From an uncultured Bacillota bacterium (GTDB lineage: Bacteria > Bacillota > DTU025 > MWDF01): a stretch of DNA of 64,000 nt. The stretch covers positions 22,831-86,830 of the forward strand of contig CAWGMK010000007.1 in NCBI GenBank assembly GCA_963823655.1, in the 5' to 3' direction. Of this stretch, positions 19,628 through 29,707 are shown piece after piece. The notes below the pieces were generated by a model. It searched no databases, had not been told where the DNA came from, and worked only from the letters and a program-made list of their open reading frames with translations. Both the position numbers and the translations under genes were made by a program. Every line of letters starts with the position of its first letter. Within the stretch, counting starts at the first letter, position 1.

Positions 19628-20698
19628 CTACTGACTCTTGATCTCTTGGTCTGTGTTCTTTATATAGGAAGTGCTTTTTCCTGCTCCAACCTTAATAATG
19701 TATCCTTCCTTGAGGAGCGAAGCCAATGCCAACTCGATTGTTGATATGCTGATGTCTGGAAATTTCTCTGATATCGACTTCTTTGGATAGTTTTTGCAAC
19801 GTGGTATCAAACAATGCACGAATTCGATCTGGCTTGGACAGACTACGATTCAGCATTAATTCGACACGCATCGAAAATTCCTTGTATGCACCCAGTATGA
19901 TTTCCAAGTAATACTTCACGAAAGGGAAGTAAGTGTTCGTGAGACTGTGCCAGCCTTGAGAACTGGCTTGCAGCACATCGTAATAGGTTTCCTTAGTTTT
20001 CTCAATCAGCATTTCAAGGCTGATATATTTTCCAACGATGTATCCTGACCGATATAAAAGCAGTAAGGTTAACAGCCGACTCATCCGCCCGTTTCCGTCA
20101 GTAAACGGGTGAATGCAGAGAAAATCCAGAATGAACATCGGAATCAACAATAACGGGTCATACTTTTCAGACTGAATTGCATTGATGAAGGCCATTGTCA
20201 GACAATCAACCGCTTCCGGTGTTTCAAAGGCCGGCAACGGTGCAAATCGGATCTTGCTGACACCTTGTGATCTGTTTCGGCAATAGCATTGTCTGCATTT
20301 TTGAATCGTCCGCCCATGGAGGAAGGGTTAAATTGATATAGATCCCGATGCAACTGAAGAATCGTATTCGTTCGCGGGACAATGTAATCGTAGCTGTCGT
20401 GGATCAGCGCCAGGACTTCTCGATATCCAGCAATTTCCTGTTCTGAGCGATTTCGCGGCTCGGACTTTTCGCTGACCAAAGCCTGCAATCGTTCATCTGA
20501 TGTGTAAATGCCCTCAATACGATTGGAAGCACCAGTGCTCTGAATTTTAGCAACCTCAAGCATGGCATTTAGCACATCAGGCTTGGCTTCGATATACAGC
20601 TCTTGCTTGCCTTTGTGCTCATGAATAGCAGAAACCAAATTCATAAGTTCGTAATGGAGCAGTTCATCTGGTATTTTACTGTATTCAAACTCCCTCAT
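19628..20698 (-). pseudogene. Fic/DOC family protein (adenylyltransferase-type) interrupted by two frameshifts
   Basis: Three consecutive ORFs cover one Fic architecture: 20198-20698 is the N-terminal region, 19692-20237 is the Fic core with HPFTDGNGRMSRLL, and 19628-19819 is a C-terminal winged-helix-like tail (ELALASLLKEGYIIKVGAGKSTSYI). Frame breaks fall near 20230-20290 and 19790-19820. Confidence 0.55.
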
Positions 20699-21396
20699 CT
20701 ATTACATCCTTTCTGCACAAGGATTAGTTTACTGCATTATTGTACCATTAAATTATGCAGAAAGGAATATGATTAGGCAGAACGATTTGAATGATATAGC
20801 TGCTATAAAGTATATCTGCATAATTCAACAGTTAAATAGTGCAGTAAAACATATGCGTTAGCAGAACTACCGCACAGCATGCTCCCCTCAATGGCTTTCT
20901 TTATACCCTCATCCTCTTTTAGCCAGCCTTCTTTCCGGAACCAGTCAATAACCACCTTAGCTCCAGCCAGGTCTTATCCGCAAGGCGTATCTCACATGAG
21001 CCGCAATCCAGTCCGCAGGCAGCCATCATGATTGGCTTATCCATGTCCTCCACCGATGCGCACTTGATTTCAGGCTATTCATGTTTCATCTTTGGGATGC
21101 TGATTCCATCTCAGTATCAAGGTTTATGAACGAATTCAGCAACAAGGCCTCCATCATAGGATCTATGCTTGAAACGAACAACAAACGAATTATCTATATC
21201 AAACCGAAGATCTCGCCCAAAAGGCTGGAGGAATTGATCGTAAGCAACTGGAATCTACTTTCAGACAGGGATTTTATGCGAAAGCTATCTTGCGTGTTAA
21301 CCAAGAAGCCTTCTAATCGTGCGAATTTCATAATTACATACACCATATCAGTAATTAACATAAATGGTATATAATCTTTGACGATTGAGGCATTTA

Positions 21397-21723
21397 GATG
21401 TATATTGAATTTGTTAGCAAGCGCTTGAAAGAGCAGATTGAAGATGCCAAAGCGATGAACAAGAGGTACGGCGAGGACCGAGCCCGCGAAATATGGAAGA
21501 GGCTTGATCAAATCAGGGCCTTTAACAACATCGGGGATCGCTTAAATCGGGTATTGGCCATGTGGAAATGTTGAGAGGGAATCTTAAGGGGATTATGTCG
21601 ATTAGAGTTGACAAGAAGTTGCGGATTCTGTTTGAGCCTGTTAGTGAAAGCGGGCACGCCAATGACGATGTATTCGCATTAAACAGAATAAGGATCTTGG
21701 AGGTGGGCGGGTATCATGAATAG
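21397..21723 (+). pseudogene. HigB/RelE-family toxin-like gene with a 1 nt frameshift (about 21545-21560)
   Basis: Frame A gives MYIEFVSKRLKEQIEDAKAMNKRYGEDRAREIWKRLDQIRAFNNIGD..., frame C gives ...SGIGHVEMLRGNLKGIMSIRVDKKLRILFEPVSESGHANDDVFALNRIRILEVGGYHE*. The C-terminus matches the HigB signature (G..SIRV...RI.F......V...DYH). The stop overlaps the ATG of the downstream HTH gene (cATGAATAG). Confidence 0.5.
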
Positions 21724-22747
21724 AGACTCTGAATACAGAGCTCCGGTGGCAATACCGCCCGGCGAGACTCTATTCGAAGTGCTTGAGGATAGGAATATGA
21801 CTCAGGTGGAACTCGCCAAGAGGCTGGGTTACAGCACTAAGCACATAAATCAGGTTATTAAAGGCAAGGCGTCAATTAGCAGCGATTTTGCCGTAAGCCT
21901 GTTTTATGTGCTGGGGATACCTGCATATTTCTGGCTAAATCTGGAGACCCAGTACCAGGAGGCCGCCGCCCGTTTGGCTGACGAAGCACGAATGAAGGAA
22001 GAAGCCCTTCTAGTCAAAGAGTTCTGCTATGCCGAAGCAAGCAGAAGAGGGTGGGTAAAGTCCACAAGAGATAGCTGCGAGAAGGTCATCGAACTTAGGA
22101 AATACCTGCAGGTGTCCTCTCTGTCCCATGTAGAAGACATATATCCGGCCTCTTTCCGGATTGGAAAGTGCAAAAAGACCTTAATCGGAGCACTGGCTAT
22201 GTGGCTGCGGCAAGGTGAGCTTATCGGAAAAGCTAAAAGCACAAACAAGTACAACGAAAAGAGCTTGAGAAATTTTATAGGCATGCTTAAGCAAATCTGC
22301 GCGGAGGCAGATGCGGCGGGGTTGGAGAAAGCAGGTTCCATATTAGCTGATTGCGGAGTGGCCCTTGCTGTTGTCCCACAGCTGGAAGGTACAAATGTAT
22401 TGGGTGCTGCAATGAAATTGGCACCTGATAAATATGTCATTGAAATGTCCTTAAGGGGGAAATGGGCCGATATCTTCTGGTTCAGCCTTTTCCACGAAAT
22501 CGGGCACATTCTTCTTAGCCATGTGAAAGAAACATGGAGCATTAACTTCGATGATGCCGCAGAGTGCTACCACAAGAATCAAGCTGAAGAGGATGCCGCA
22601 AACGAATTTGCCAAGGACCAGCTGATCATTCCGGCTATTTACGAAGGGTTTAAAAGTAACCACGATTTCTCCAGGGAGTCAATTAAGGAGTTCGCCGCAG
22701 ACGAATGGAATTCACCCGGGAATTGTCCTTGGAAGACTATACTATGA
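21716..22747 (+). CDS. HTH-XRE DNA-binding domain fused to an ImmA/IrrE-family (COG2856) zinc metallopeptidase; HigA-like antitoxin partner
   Basis: N-terminus LFEVLEDRNMTQVELAKRLGYSTKHINQVIKGKASIS (XRE HTH). C-terminal FHEIGHILLSH, the HEXXH zinc-peptidase motif of ImmA/IrrE. Confidence 0.75.
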   Translation: MNRDSEYRAPVAIPPGETLFEVLEDRNMTQVELAKRLGYSTKHINQVIKGKASISSDFAVSLFYVLGIPAYFWLNLETQYQEAAARLADEARMKEEALLVKEFCYAEASRRGWVKSTRDSCEKVIELRKYLQVSSLSHVEDIYPASFRIGKCKKTLIGALAMWLRQGELIGKAKSTNKYNEKSLRNFIGMLKQICAEADAAGLEKAGSILADCGVALAVVPQLEGTNVLGAAMKLAPDKYVIEMSLRGKWADIFWFSLFHEIGHILLSHVKETWSINFDDAAECYHKNQAEEDAANEFAKDQLIIPAIYEGFKSNHDFSRESIKEFAADEWNSPGNCPWKTIL

Positions 22748-22795
22748 TGGACTTCTCAACCATGGCGTTTTCCAAGAGATGAGATATCAGGTTAA

Positions 22796-23249
22796 TTGAT
22801 AATTTCCGTGAGTATTCAATTCGGACAAAAGGACGGCTTCATAGTGATAAATCTAAGGGAGATCAATGCAGACAACTGGCGCGTACTGACCAAGCTGAAA
22901 GTCAAAGACTGGCAGGCCCCATTTGTCGCCAGCAACGGGGACTCTATCGCCAGGGCGCATTATGTTAAAGATAACTTCCCTCTCGGCATCTATGACGATG
23001 AGACTCCAGTGGGATTTTGCATGTATTCGATAAGCCCTAAGAGGCGAAATCTGGATACTTAGGCTGATGATAGCCGCAGATTATCAATCTAAAGGCCGCG
23101 GTAAGGAGGCCACAATCAAGCTTATAGAAATGCTCCTTGATAAGTTCGGCAAAGTGCCAATATTCATCAGCTTCGACCCTGCAAACGAATGGGCCAGGAA
23201 GATTATATGCCAGTTTGGGTTTCGTGAAGGACGACAGGGAAGCGGATGA
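22796..23249 (+). pseudogene. GNAT family N-acetyltransferase with an internal frameshift (about 23040-23065)
   Basis: The 88 aa ORF plus a +1 shifted continuation (...GEIWILRLMIAADYQSKGRGKEA...) restores the GNAT acetyl-CoA-binding motif (Q/R-x-x-G-x-G/A). Confidence 0.55.
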
Positions 23250-23397
23250 TGAGATAGTCTTCAGGCTCGATCCCTGAGAGCGCACAGAGTTGACGTACAT
23301 TTGCCTCAGATAATAATGACGGGCGCCATTGATGGGCGCCCGTTTCTTTAATCCATAAGCATTACTAGTTAATAAGCTTGGACTATCCCGTCGAATA

Positions 23398-24705
23398 CTA
23401 GGGCCTTCCCGTTCCGATGTCCTTCCTGTATGAGAGGTTGGGGCAATCCACTGTGTCAGCGCCCCTGTAAACCTTGGCGGTCGCCTCAGCCAGGCTGTCC
23501 CCAAGCGCGCTTATAGCCAGCACCCTTCCTCCGTCCGTAACGAGCCTGCCCTCCGCATCGCTTGCGGTCCCGGCGTGGAATATTACTACGCCTTCCTCCG
23601 GCACATCCGTGAATTCAATCTCGAAATCCTTGTCGTACATCTCAGGGTATCCCTTGCTCGCCAAGACAAGGCAGACGCATGTCTTGTCCAAGAAAGAGAG
23701 GCTCTTCCTGGTAAGCTTGCCATCGCAGGCTTCAAGCATCACCTCGACGAGGTCATCCTCCATGAGAGGAAGGACGGCCTGCGTTTCCGGGTCGCCGAAA
23801 CGGCAGTTGTATTCCAGCACCTTCGGGCCTTCCTTGGTAAGCATAAGCCCTGCATAAAGCACCCCTTTGTAGGGCGTGCCCCTGTCCGCCATGATTTTCA
23901 GTATTGGCTCTACGGTAAGCTTTGCCAGATCGTAAGCCTCCTGCATGGCCACAAAAGGCGACGGCGAGACGGCCCCCATGCCCCCGGTGTTGGGCCCCCT
24001 GTCCCCCTCCAGCGCCCTCTTGTAGTCCTTTGCCGGCATAAGAGGCAGCGCCCGTACCCCGTCGCAGATGCAAAGCAGCGACGTCTCGACGCCCTCCAAC
24101 CTCTCTTCAAGCAGGACCCTGCCGGCAGATGATGCTCCTGAGAACCTGCTCAAAGCCACAGATGCCTCGGCGGTCGTATCTGCCACGACTACGCCTTTGC
24201 CCGCAGCCAGCCCGTCCAGCTTCACGACTATGGGCCCTTCCATCTTCAAAAGGGCCTCCTGGGCGCTTTTTGCATCGTCGAATATCTTGGCCCAGGCAGT
24301 AGGTACGCCGGCCTCCTGCATGATCTGCTTGGAGAAAGCCTTTGAGGATTCAAGCCTTGCGCACTCGCGTACCGGCCCGAAGACCTTCCTGCCGCATGCT
24401 TCAAGCCTGTCCGCAAGGCCCAGCGAAAGCGGCACTTCAGGCCCCACTACGACAAGGTCGGCGTCAATTTGCTCGGCCAATTTTACAAGCCCTTCAACAT
24501 CGTCCGCCTTAACCTTGAAGCATTCTGCAAGCTCGGATATACCGGGATTGCCGGGGGCTGCGAATATCTTGTCCACAAGCCTGCTTTCCGCTATCTTCCA
24601 TACGAGCGCATGCTCCCTGCCTCCGGAGCCGACGACTAGTATATTGAGCTTCTCCGCCCTGCTTTCAGCATTAGCAGCCATAGATACCTCCATCGATATC
24701 ATCAA
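23398..24705 (-). CDS. purD: phosphoribosylamine-glycine ligase
   Basis: ILVVGSGGREHALVWKIAES..., the ATP-grasp signature, 435 aa. Confidence 0.9.
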   Translation of the reverse strand: MMISMEVSMAANAESRAEKLNILVVGSGGREHALVWKIAESRLVDKIFAAPGNPGISELAECFKVKADDVEGLVKLAEQIDADLVVVGPEVPLSLGLADRLEACGRKVFGPVRECARLESSKAFSKQIMQEAGVPTAWAKIFDDAKSAQEALLKMEGPIVVKLDGLAAGKGVVVADTTAEASVALSRFSGASSAGRVLLEERLEGVETSLLCICDGVRALPLMPAKDYKRALEGDRGPNTGGMGAVSPSPFVAMQEAYDLAKLTVEPILKIMADRGTPYKGVLYAGLMLTKEGPKVLEYNCRFGDPETQAVLPLMEDDLVEVMLEACDGKLTRKSLSFLDKTCVCLVLASKGYPEMYDKDFEIEFTDVPEEGVVIFHAGTASDAEGRLVTDGGRVLAISALGDSLAEATAKVYRGADTVDCPNLSYRKDIGTGRP

Positions 24706-24735
24706 ATTAGCTGAGCCCTGCTCCTGCCAAAATTC

Positions 24736-26298
24736 CTAGTGCTTGAAATGCCTCACTCCGGTGTATACCATCGCTATGCCGTGCTTGTCGCACTCCTCGA
24801 TGCTCTCTTTGTCCCTGATGCTGCCGCCCGGCTGTATTATCGCCTTTACGCCAGCCTTCGCCGCCGCCTCCACAGTGTCCTTGAACGGGAAGTAGGCATC
24901 GGATGCCATGACGGACCCCTTGGCCTTGTCGCCCGCCATCTCGATTGCGATCTTGGCGGCTCCTACCCTGTTAGTCTGCCCGCCTCCCACGCCCACAGTA
25001 GCCTCGCCCTTCCAGAGCAATATGGCGTTGGATTTGACGTGCTTGACCACTTTCCATGCGAACAGAAGCTGCATCACTTCCTCGTCCGTGGGGCAGATCT
25101 TGGTGACGCACTTAAGATCCTCCATGACGACTTTCTTCGCATCGGTGCCCTGCATCAGGAAGCCCCCAGGAACGGTCTTTATGTCGACTTCCTTGCCCCT
25201 CATCATCTCATCCAGGGACAGCTCGACGAACCTTACAGCCGGCTTCTTCGAGAACATCAAGGAAGCTTCGCCGGAGAAGCTCGGAGCCACGACCACCTCT
25301 AGGAATATCTCGGCCATCTTGGCGATGACGGAGCTTCCCAGCTGCCTGTTCGATGCAACAATGCCACCGAAGGCAGATACCGGGTCAGCCTCATAGGCCA
25401 ACCTAAATGCCTCGTCAATATTCTCCGCGACTGCCACTCCGCAGGGGGTCGCGTGCTTGACGATGCAGACGCACGGCCTGTCGGGGCCGAACTCCCTGAG
25501 GACCGCAATCGCAGTCTCCATGTCGCCCAGGTTGTTGTAGCTGAGCTCCTTGCCGGACAGCTTCTTCATCGCCAGCATGCCTGTAGGAAGAAGCCCCGAC
25601 TGCTTATAGAGCCCCGCGCTCTGGTGGGGGTTCTCGCCGTATCTAAGCTCCAGGGCAGGCGCCAGTCCAATTGCAAGGCTCGCGCCCGCAAGGTCTAGCA
25701 AGCCACGTCCGGCCTTTGCGTTCAGGTGCTGTGAAATCGCAGCGTCGTAAGCTGCTGTATGGGAGAAAGCCTTGGAGGCAAGCTCCAGTTTCAAAACCTT
25801 GCTCACCTTGCCGGTCCTAAGCTCCTTGAGCACCCTGTCGTAGTCCTTTGGGTCAGTCACGACGGTGACACGCTCGAAGTTCTTGGCGGCTGATCTGAGC
25901 ATCGAGGGGCCGCCGATGTCGATGTTCTCTACTATGGTCTCGAAGTCCGCCCCCTTATCCACGGTCGCCTGGAAGGGATAGAGATTTACGCAAACTATGT
26001 CAATGAGCTTGGCGCCCAGTTTCGCAACCTGCTTGAGATGCTCGTCAATTGGCCTTGCGAGGATTCCTGCATGTACCATCGGATGCAGCGTCTTCACCCT
26101 GCCGTCCAGGCACTCCGGGAAGTTGGTAAGCTCCGATATGTCCATTACGGTAACTCCAGCGTTCCTTAGGACATTGGCGGTGCCGCCTGTAGAGACAATG
26201 TCGAAGCCCAGATCTACAAGGCCTTTTGCGAACTGCGCAGCCCCCGTCTTGTCCGTTAAGCTGATCAAAGCAAGTTTTCCCATCAATTTTCCTCCCAA
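24736..26298 (-). CDS. purH: bifunctional AICAR transformylase / IMP cyclohydrolase
   Basis: ALISLTDKTG, TGGTANVLRNAG and KTLHPMVHAGILAR, 520 aa. Confidence 0.9.
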   Translation of the reverse strand: MGGKLMGKLALISLTDKTGAAQFAKGLVDLGFDIVSTGGTANVLRNAGVTVMDISELTNFPECLDGRVKTLHPMVHAGILARPIDEHLKQVAKLGAKLIDIVCVNLYPFQATVDKGADFETIVENIDIGGPSMLRSAAKNFERVTVVTDPKDYDRVLKELRTGKVSKVLKLELASKAFSHTAAYDAAISQHLNAKAGRGLLDLAGASLAIGLAPALELRYGENPHQSAGLYKQSGLLPTGMLAMKKLSGKELSYNNLGDMETAIAVLREFGPDRPCVCIVKHATPCGVAVAENIDEAFRLAYEADPVSAFGGIVASNRQLGSSVIAKMAEIFLEVVVAPSFSGEASLMFSKKPAVRFVELSLDEMMRGKEVDIKTVPGGFLMQGTDAKKVVMEDLKCVTKICPTDEEVMQLLFAWKVVKHVKSNAILLWKGEATVGVGGGQTNRVGAAKIAIEMAGDKAKGSVMASDAYFPFKDTVEAAAKAGVKAIIQPGGSIRDKESIEECDKHGIAMVYTGVRHFKH

Positions 26299-26454
26299 AA
26301 GGCCAAAAGCCCGTAATCAAAACAAGTTATACCGCTACTGCAGCCTATTTCTTCGGCCCCTTGGATTTCCTTGCGCGAACGACCTGCTCGATCTTCGCGA
26401 AGAAGAAAGTCTTCCAGGCCTTGTAGTTCATCATTAAGTGCAGAAGGAACGCCC

Positions 26455-27111
26455 TCACCGGGCATCGCCTCCATCCGAGATCCTGACAGTCCTGCCATCC
26501 AATCGCACCTTTTCGTCCGCAAGAAGCCCTAAGGCCTCAACGTAGAGGATGTGCTCCTGCTCAAGTATCCTCTGAGATAATTTCTCCTCGTCGTCGCCCT
26601 CAAGCACAGAGACGGCCCTTTGCAAAATTATCGGCCCCGTGTCCATGCCTTCGTCCACGAAATGCACTGTGCATCCGGTAACCTTGGCCCCGAAGTCCAG
26701 GGCCTGTTTTTGCGCATCAAGTCCGGGGAAGCTGGGCAGAAGCGCCGGGTGGATGTTCACTATCCTGCCTTTAAACCTTCCAACGAACTCCTTGCCCAGC
26801 ACCCTCATGAAGCCCGCAAGGGCTATGTAATCGGGGTTGAAGCCTTCTACCAGATCAGCCAGCGCCATGTCGTAATCACGCCTTGTGGCAAATCCCTTCC
26901 TTGCCAGCACGACCACATTCGGGACGCCTGCTTTCAGGGCTTTGCCAAGGACCGCGGCATCCGTCTTGTCGGACACGACGGCTATGATTTCGGCATTCAG
27001 CTTTCCTGCCTTTATGGCATCGTCGATAGCGGTGAAATTTGAGCCCCTGCCGGATGCCATTATCACAAGCCTCATCGCTTTTCCTTTCGTGGCCCTCACC
27101 GCCTTTCGCAT
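26455..27111 (-). CDS. purN: phosphoribosylglycinamide formyltransferase
   Basis: RLVIMASGRGSNF, IVNIHPALLPSFPG and HFVDEGMDTGPII. Confidence 0.9.
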   Translation of the reverse strand: MRKAVRATKGKAMRLVIMASGRGSNFTAIDDAIKAGKLNAEIIAVVSDKTDAAVLGKALKAGVPNVVVLARKGFATRRDYDMALADLVEGFNPDYIALAGFMRVLGKEFVGRFKGRIVNIHPALLPSFPGLDAQKQALDFGAKVTGCTVHFVDEGMDTGPIILQRAVSVLEGDDEEKLSQRILEQEHILYVEALGLLADEKVRLDGRTVRISDGGDAR

Positions 27112-27142
27112 CTATTTGCTCGCTGCTTCTTAAAAGCCTCGC

Positions 27143-28194
27143 TTACTTCTGGTTCTTCGCCTTCTTGGACAGGTTGAACTTCACCTCTGCCCTGCCGGAC
27201 GTTATCCTGCCCACTACCGCCGCCTTTTCGCCGGCGTTGTTGAGAAGCTCTACAGCCCTTGCCGCATCCTGCTGCCTTACTACGGCCACGAAGCCTAGCC
27301 CCATGTTGAACACCCTTAGCATCTCGGACGTCTCCACCTTGCCCAGCCTTGCTATCATGTCGAACACCGGGGGCACCTTCCAGCTTCCCAGATCAAGCTC
27401 CATGCCGCAACCTTCCGGCAGGCACCTTACTGGGTTTTCCACCAGGCCTCCGCCTGTTATATGGGCCATGCCGAGGACTTCGACTTCCTTCATCAGGGCC
27501 AGCACCGGCCTAACATATATCCTCGTGGGTTTCAGAAGCTCCTCGCCCACAGTGCAGCCCAGCTCCTCGAAATGCTCGTGGAAGTACAAGCTGTTGTCTG
27601 CAAGAAGCACGCGCCTTGCCAGGGAGAACCCGTTGGAATGAAGGCCGTTGGAGGCAAGCCCGATTACTGCATCTCCCGGTTTTATCTTGGAGCCGTCAAT
27701 TATCTCGTCTTTTTCAACGGCGCCGACCGCAAAGCCCGCAACGTCGTACTCCCCGTAAGGGTAGAAGCCCGGCATTTCCGCCGTCTCGCCGCCGACTAGG
27801 GCGCAGTCCGCCTGTACGCAGCCGTCCGCGACGCCTTTGACTATATCCGCCACGAGCTCCGGCTCAAGCTTGCCGAGCGCTATGTAATCCAGGAAGAATA
27901 TCGGCTTTGCACCAGATACCAGGCAGTCATTAACGCACATGGCCACGCAGTCAATACCGATGGTATCGTTCCTGTCCATGCCCATCGCGATTCTAAGCTT
28001 GGTGCCGACGCCGTCGGTCCCGGAGACCAGTACCGGCTTTTTGAGGCCGAGGGAGCTCAAGTCGAACAGGCCGCCGAAGCCGCCTATGCCGCCCATCACG
28101 CCCTTGGTCCTTGTCTTCTCCACATGGGGCTTGATGAGCTCTACCGCCTTGTTACCGGCATCTATATCCACGCCCGCCTTGCGGTAGGTCGCGC
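27143..28194 (-). CDS. purM: phosphoribosylformylglycinamidine cyclo-ligase (AIR synthetase). No start or stop separates it from purF in this assembly.
   Basis: [22 protein letters not shown]...GGFGGLFDL...[11 protein letters not shown] begins at about residue 506 of the 854 aa ORF. Confidence 0.85.
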
Positions 28195-29707
28195 TCTCTT
28201 CGCCCTTCTTTATGGTCTCGAATACCTGCTTGTCGCTTTCGGCGTCGACCGCCGTCGGATATTTGCCGTCGAAGCAGGCCTTGCAAAAGCCCCTACTTCC
28301 TGAGCCGGACGAGCGCCTTGCCCTCTCAATCGCCAGGACCATGCCCTCCAAGGAGAGGTAGTACAGCAATTCCGAGCCTATCATCTCCCTGATCTCATCT
28401 ACGCTCTTCACATTGGCCACCAGCTCGCCGCGCCCCGTTGTATCTATGCCGTAATGGCAGCCGAACTTCACTGGAGGCGACGATACGACGACATGTACCT
28501 CGGTGGCGCCGGCCCTCTTCATGAGGTCAACCAGCTTGCGGCTTGTCGTGCCGCGAACAATTGAGTCATCCACTAGCACGACACGCTTTCCTCTAACGAG
28601 GGAGGCGACCGCGTTTAGCTTGAGCCTTACGCCAAGGTCCCTGACGTTCTGGGACGGCTGTATGAAAGTCCTTCCCATGTAGCGGTTCTTTATCATGCCC
28701 ATCACGTATGGCAGGCCGCTCTCCTGGGCGTAGCCCTGGGCCGCTCCTATGCCCAATTCCGGAACGGGCACTACGATGTCGGCCTCGATGCCGCGGCTTT
28801 CGCGCGCCAACTGCTTTCCGAGCTCGAACCTGGCCTCGGCCACCCCGATGTCGTCGATGCACGAGTCTGGCCTTGCGAGGTATACGTGCTCGAATATGCA
28901 GGATGAGTGCTTCACGCCGTTGATCTTGCCGGCGGAGTGGAGCCCGTCCTTGTTCATGTATATGATCTCGCCGGGCTCGACGTCTCTTATCCTCACAGCG
29001 CCGACCGTATCAAGCGCGCAGGATTCGGAGGCCACGAAGTAGCCTGAGCCGTCTCCCGCCTCGCCCACCATAAGCGGCCTGAAGCCGTGCGGATCCCTTG
29101 CGGCGTAGACTGTGTCGCCCTGCAGCACCGCGAATGAGTAGGCGCCGTCCAGAGTCTCCATGGCCTTCCTGATTGCGCCAAGCATGCCCATGTCATAGTG
29201 CCTGGCGATAGTGCAGCCGATTATCTCGGAGTCGGACGTAGTCTGGAAGACCGCGCCGGTCTTGCCCAGCCTCCGCCTTAGCGTCGCGGCGTTGGTGATG
29301 TTGCCGTTATGGGCGAGCGCCATCATCCCGTCAATATACCTGAAGGTCATGGGCTGGGCGTTCATTATGTCGGAGCTGCCAGTCGTGGAGTATCTGACAT
29401 GCCCTATGCCCGAATGGCCCTTGAGGGATGTGACCGAGTGCTTCGAGAAGACCTCGGTTACCAGGCCCATGTCCTTGATCACTTTTATCTCATTGCCCTC
29501 GAAAGTGGCGATGCCCGCGCTCTCCTGGCCCCTGTGCTGCAGGGCTACCAGCCCCATGAATATGTTCTCCGCGGCCGGCCCCTGAAGGGCCGCCCCGAAG
29601 ACGCCGCACTCATCGCGCACCGCATCGTCCTCTATAAGGCATACATGCTTTAGATCCAATATAGTTACCTCACCTTCCGGAGATGGCGCAGGGAAGCGCC
29701 TCCTCAT
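28195..29707 (-). CDS. purF: amidophosphoribosyltransferase (reads through into purM)
   Basis: Ntn Cys in CGVFG, PRTase motif [14 protein letters not shown], and a C-terminal [11 protein letters not shown]. Confidence 0.85.
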
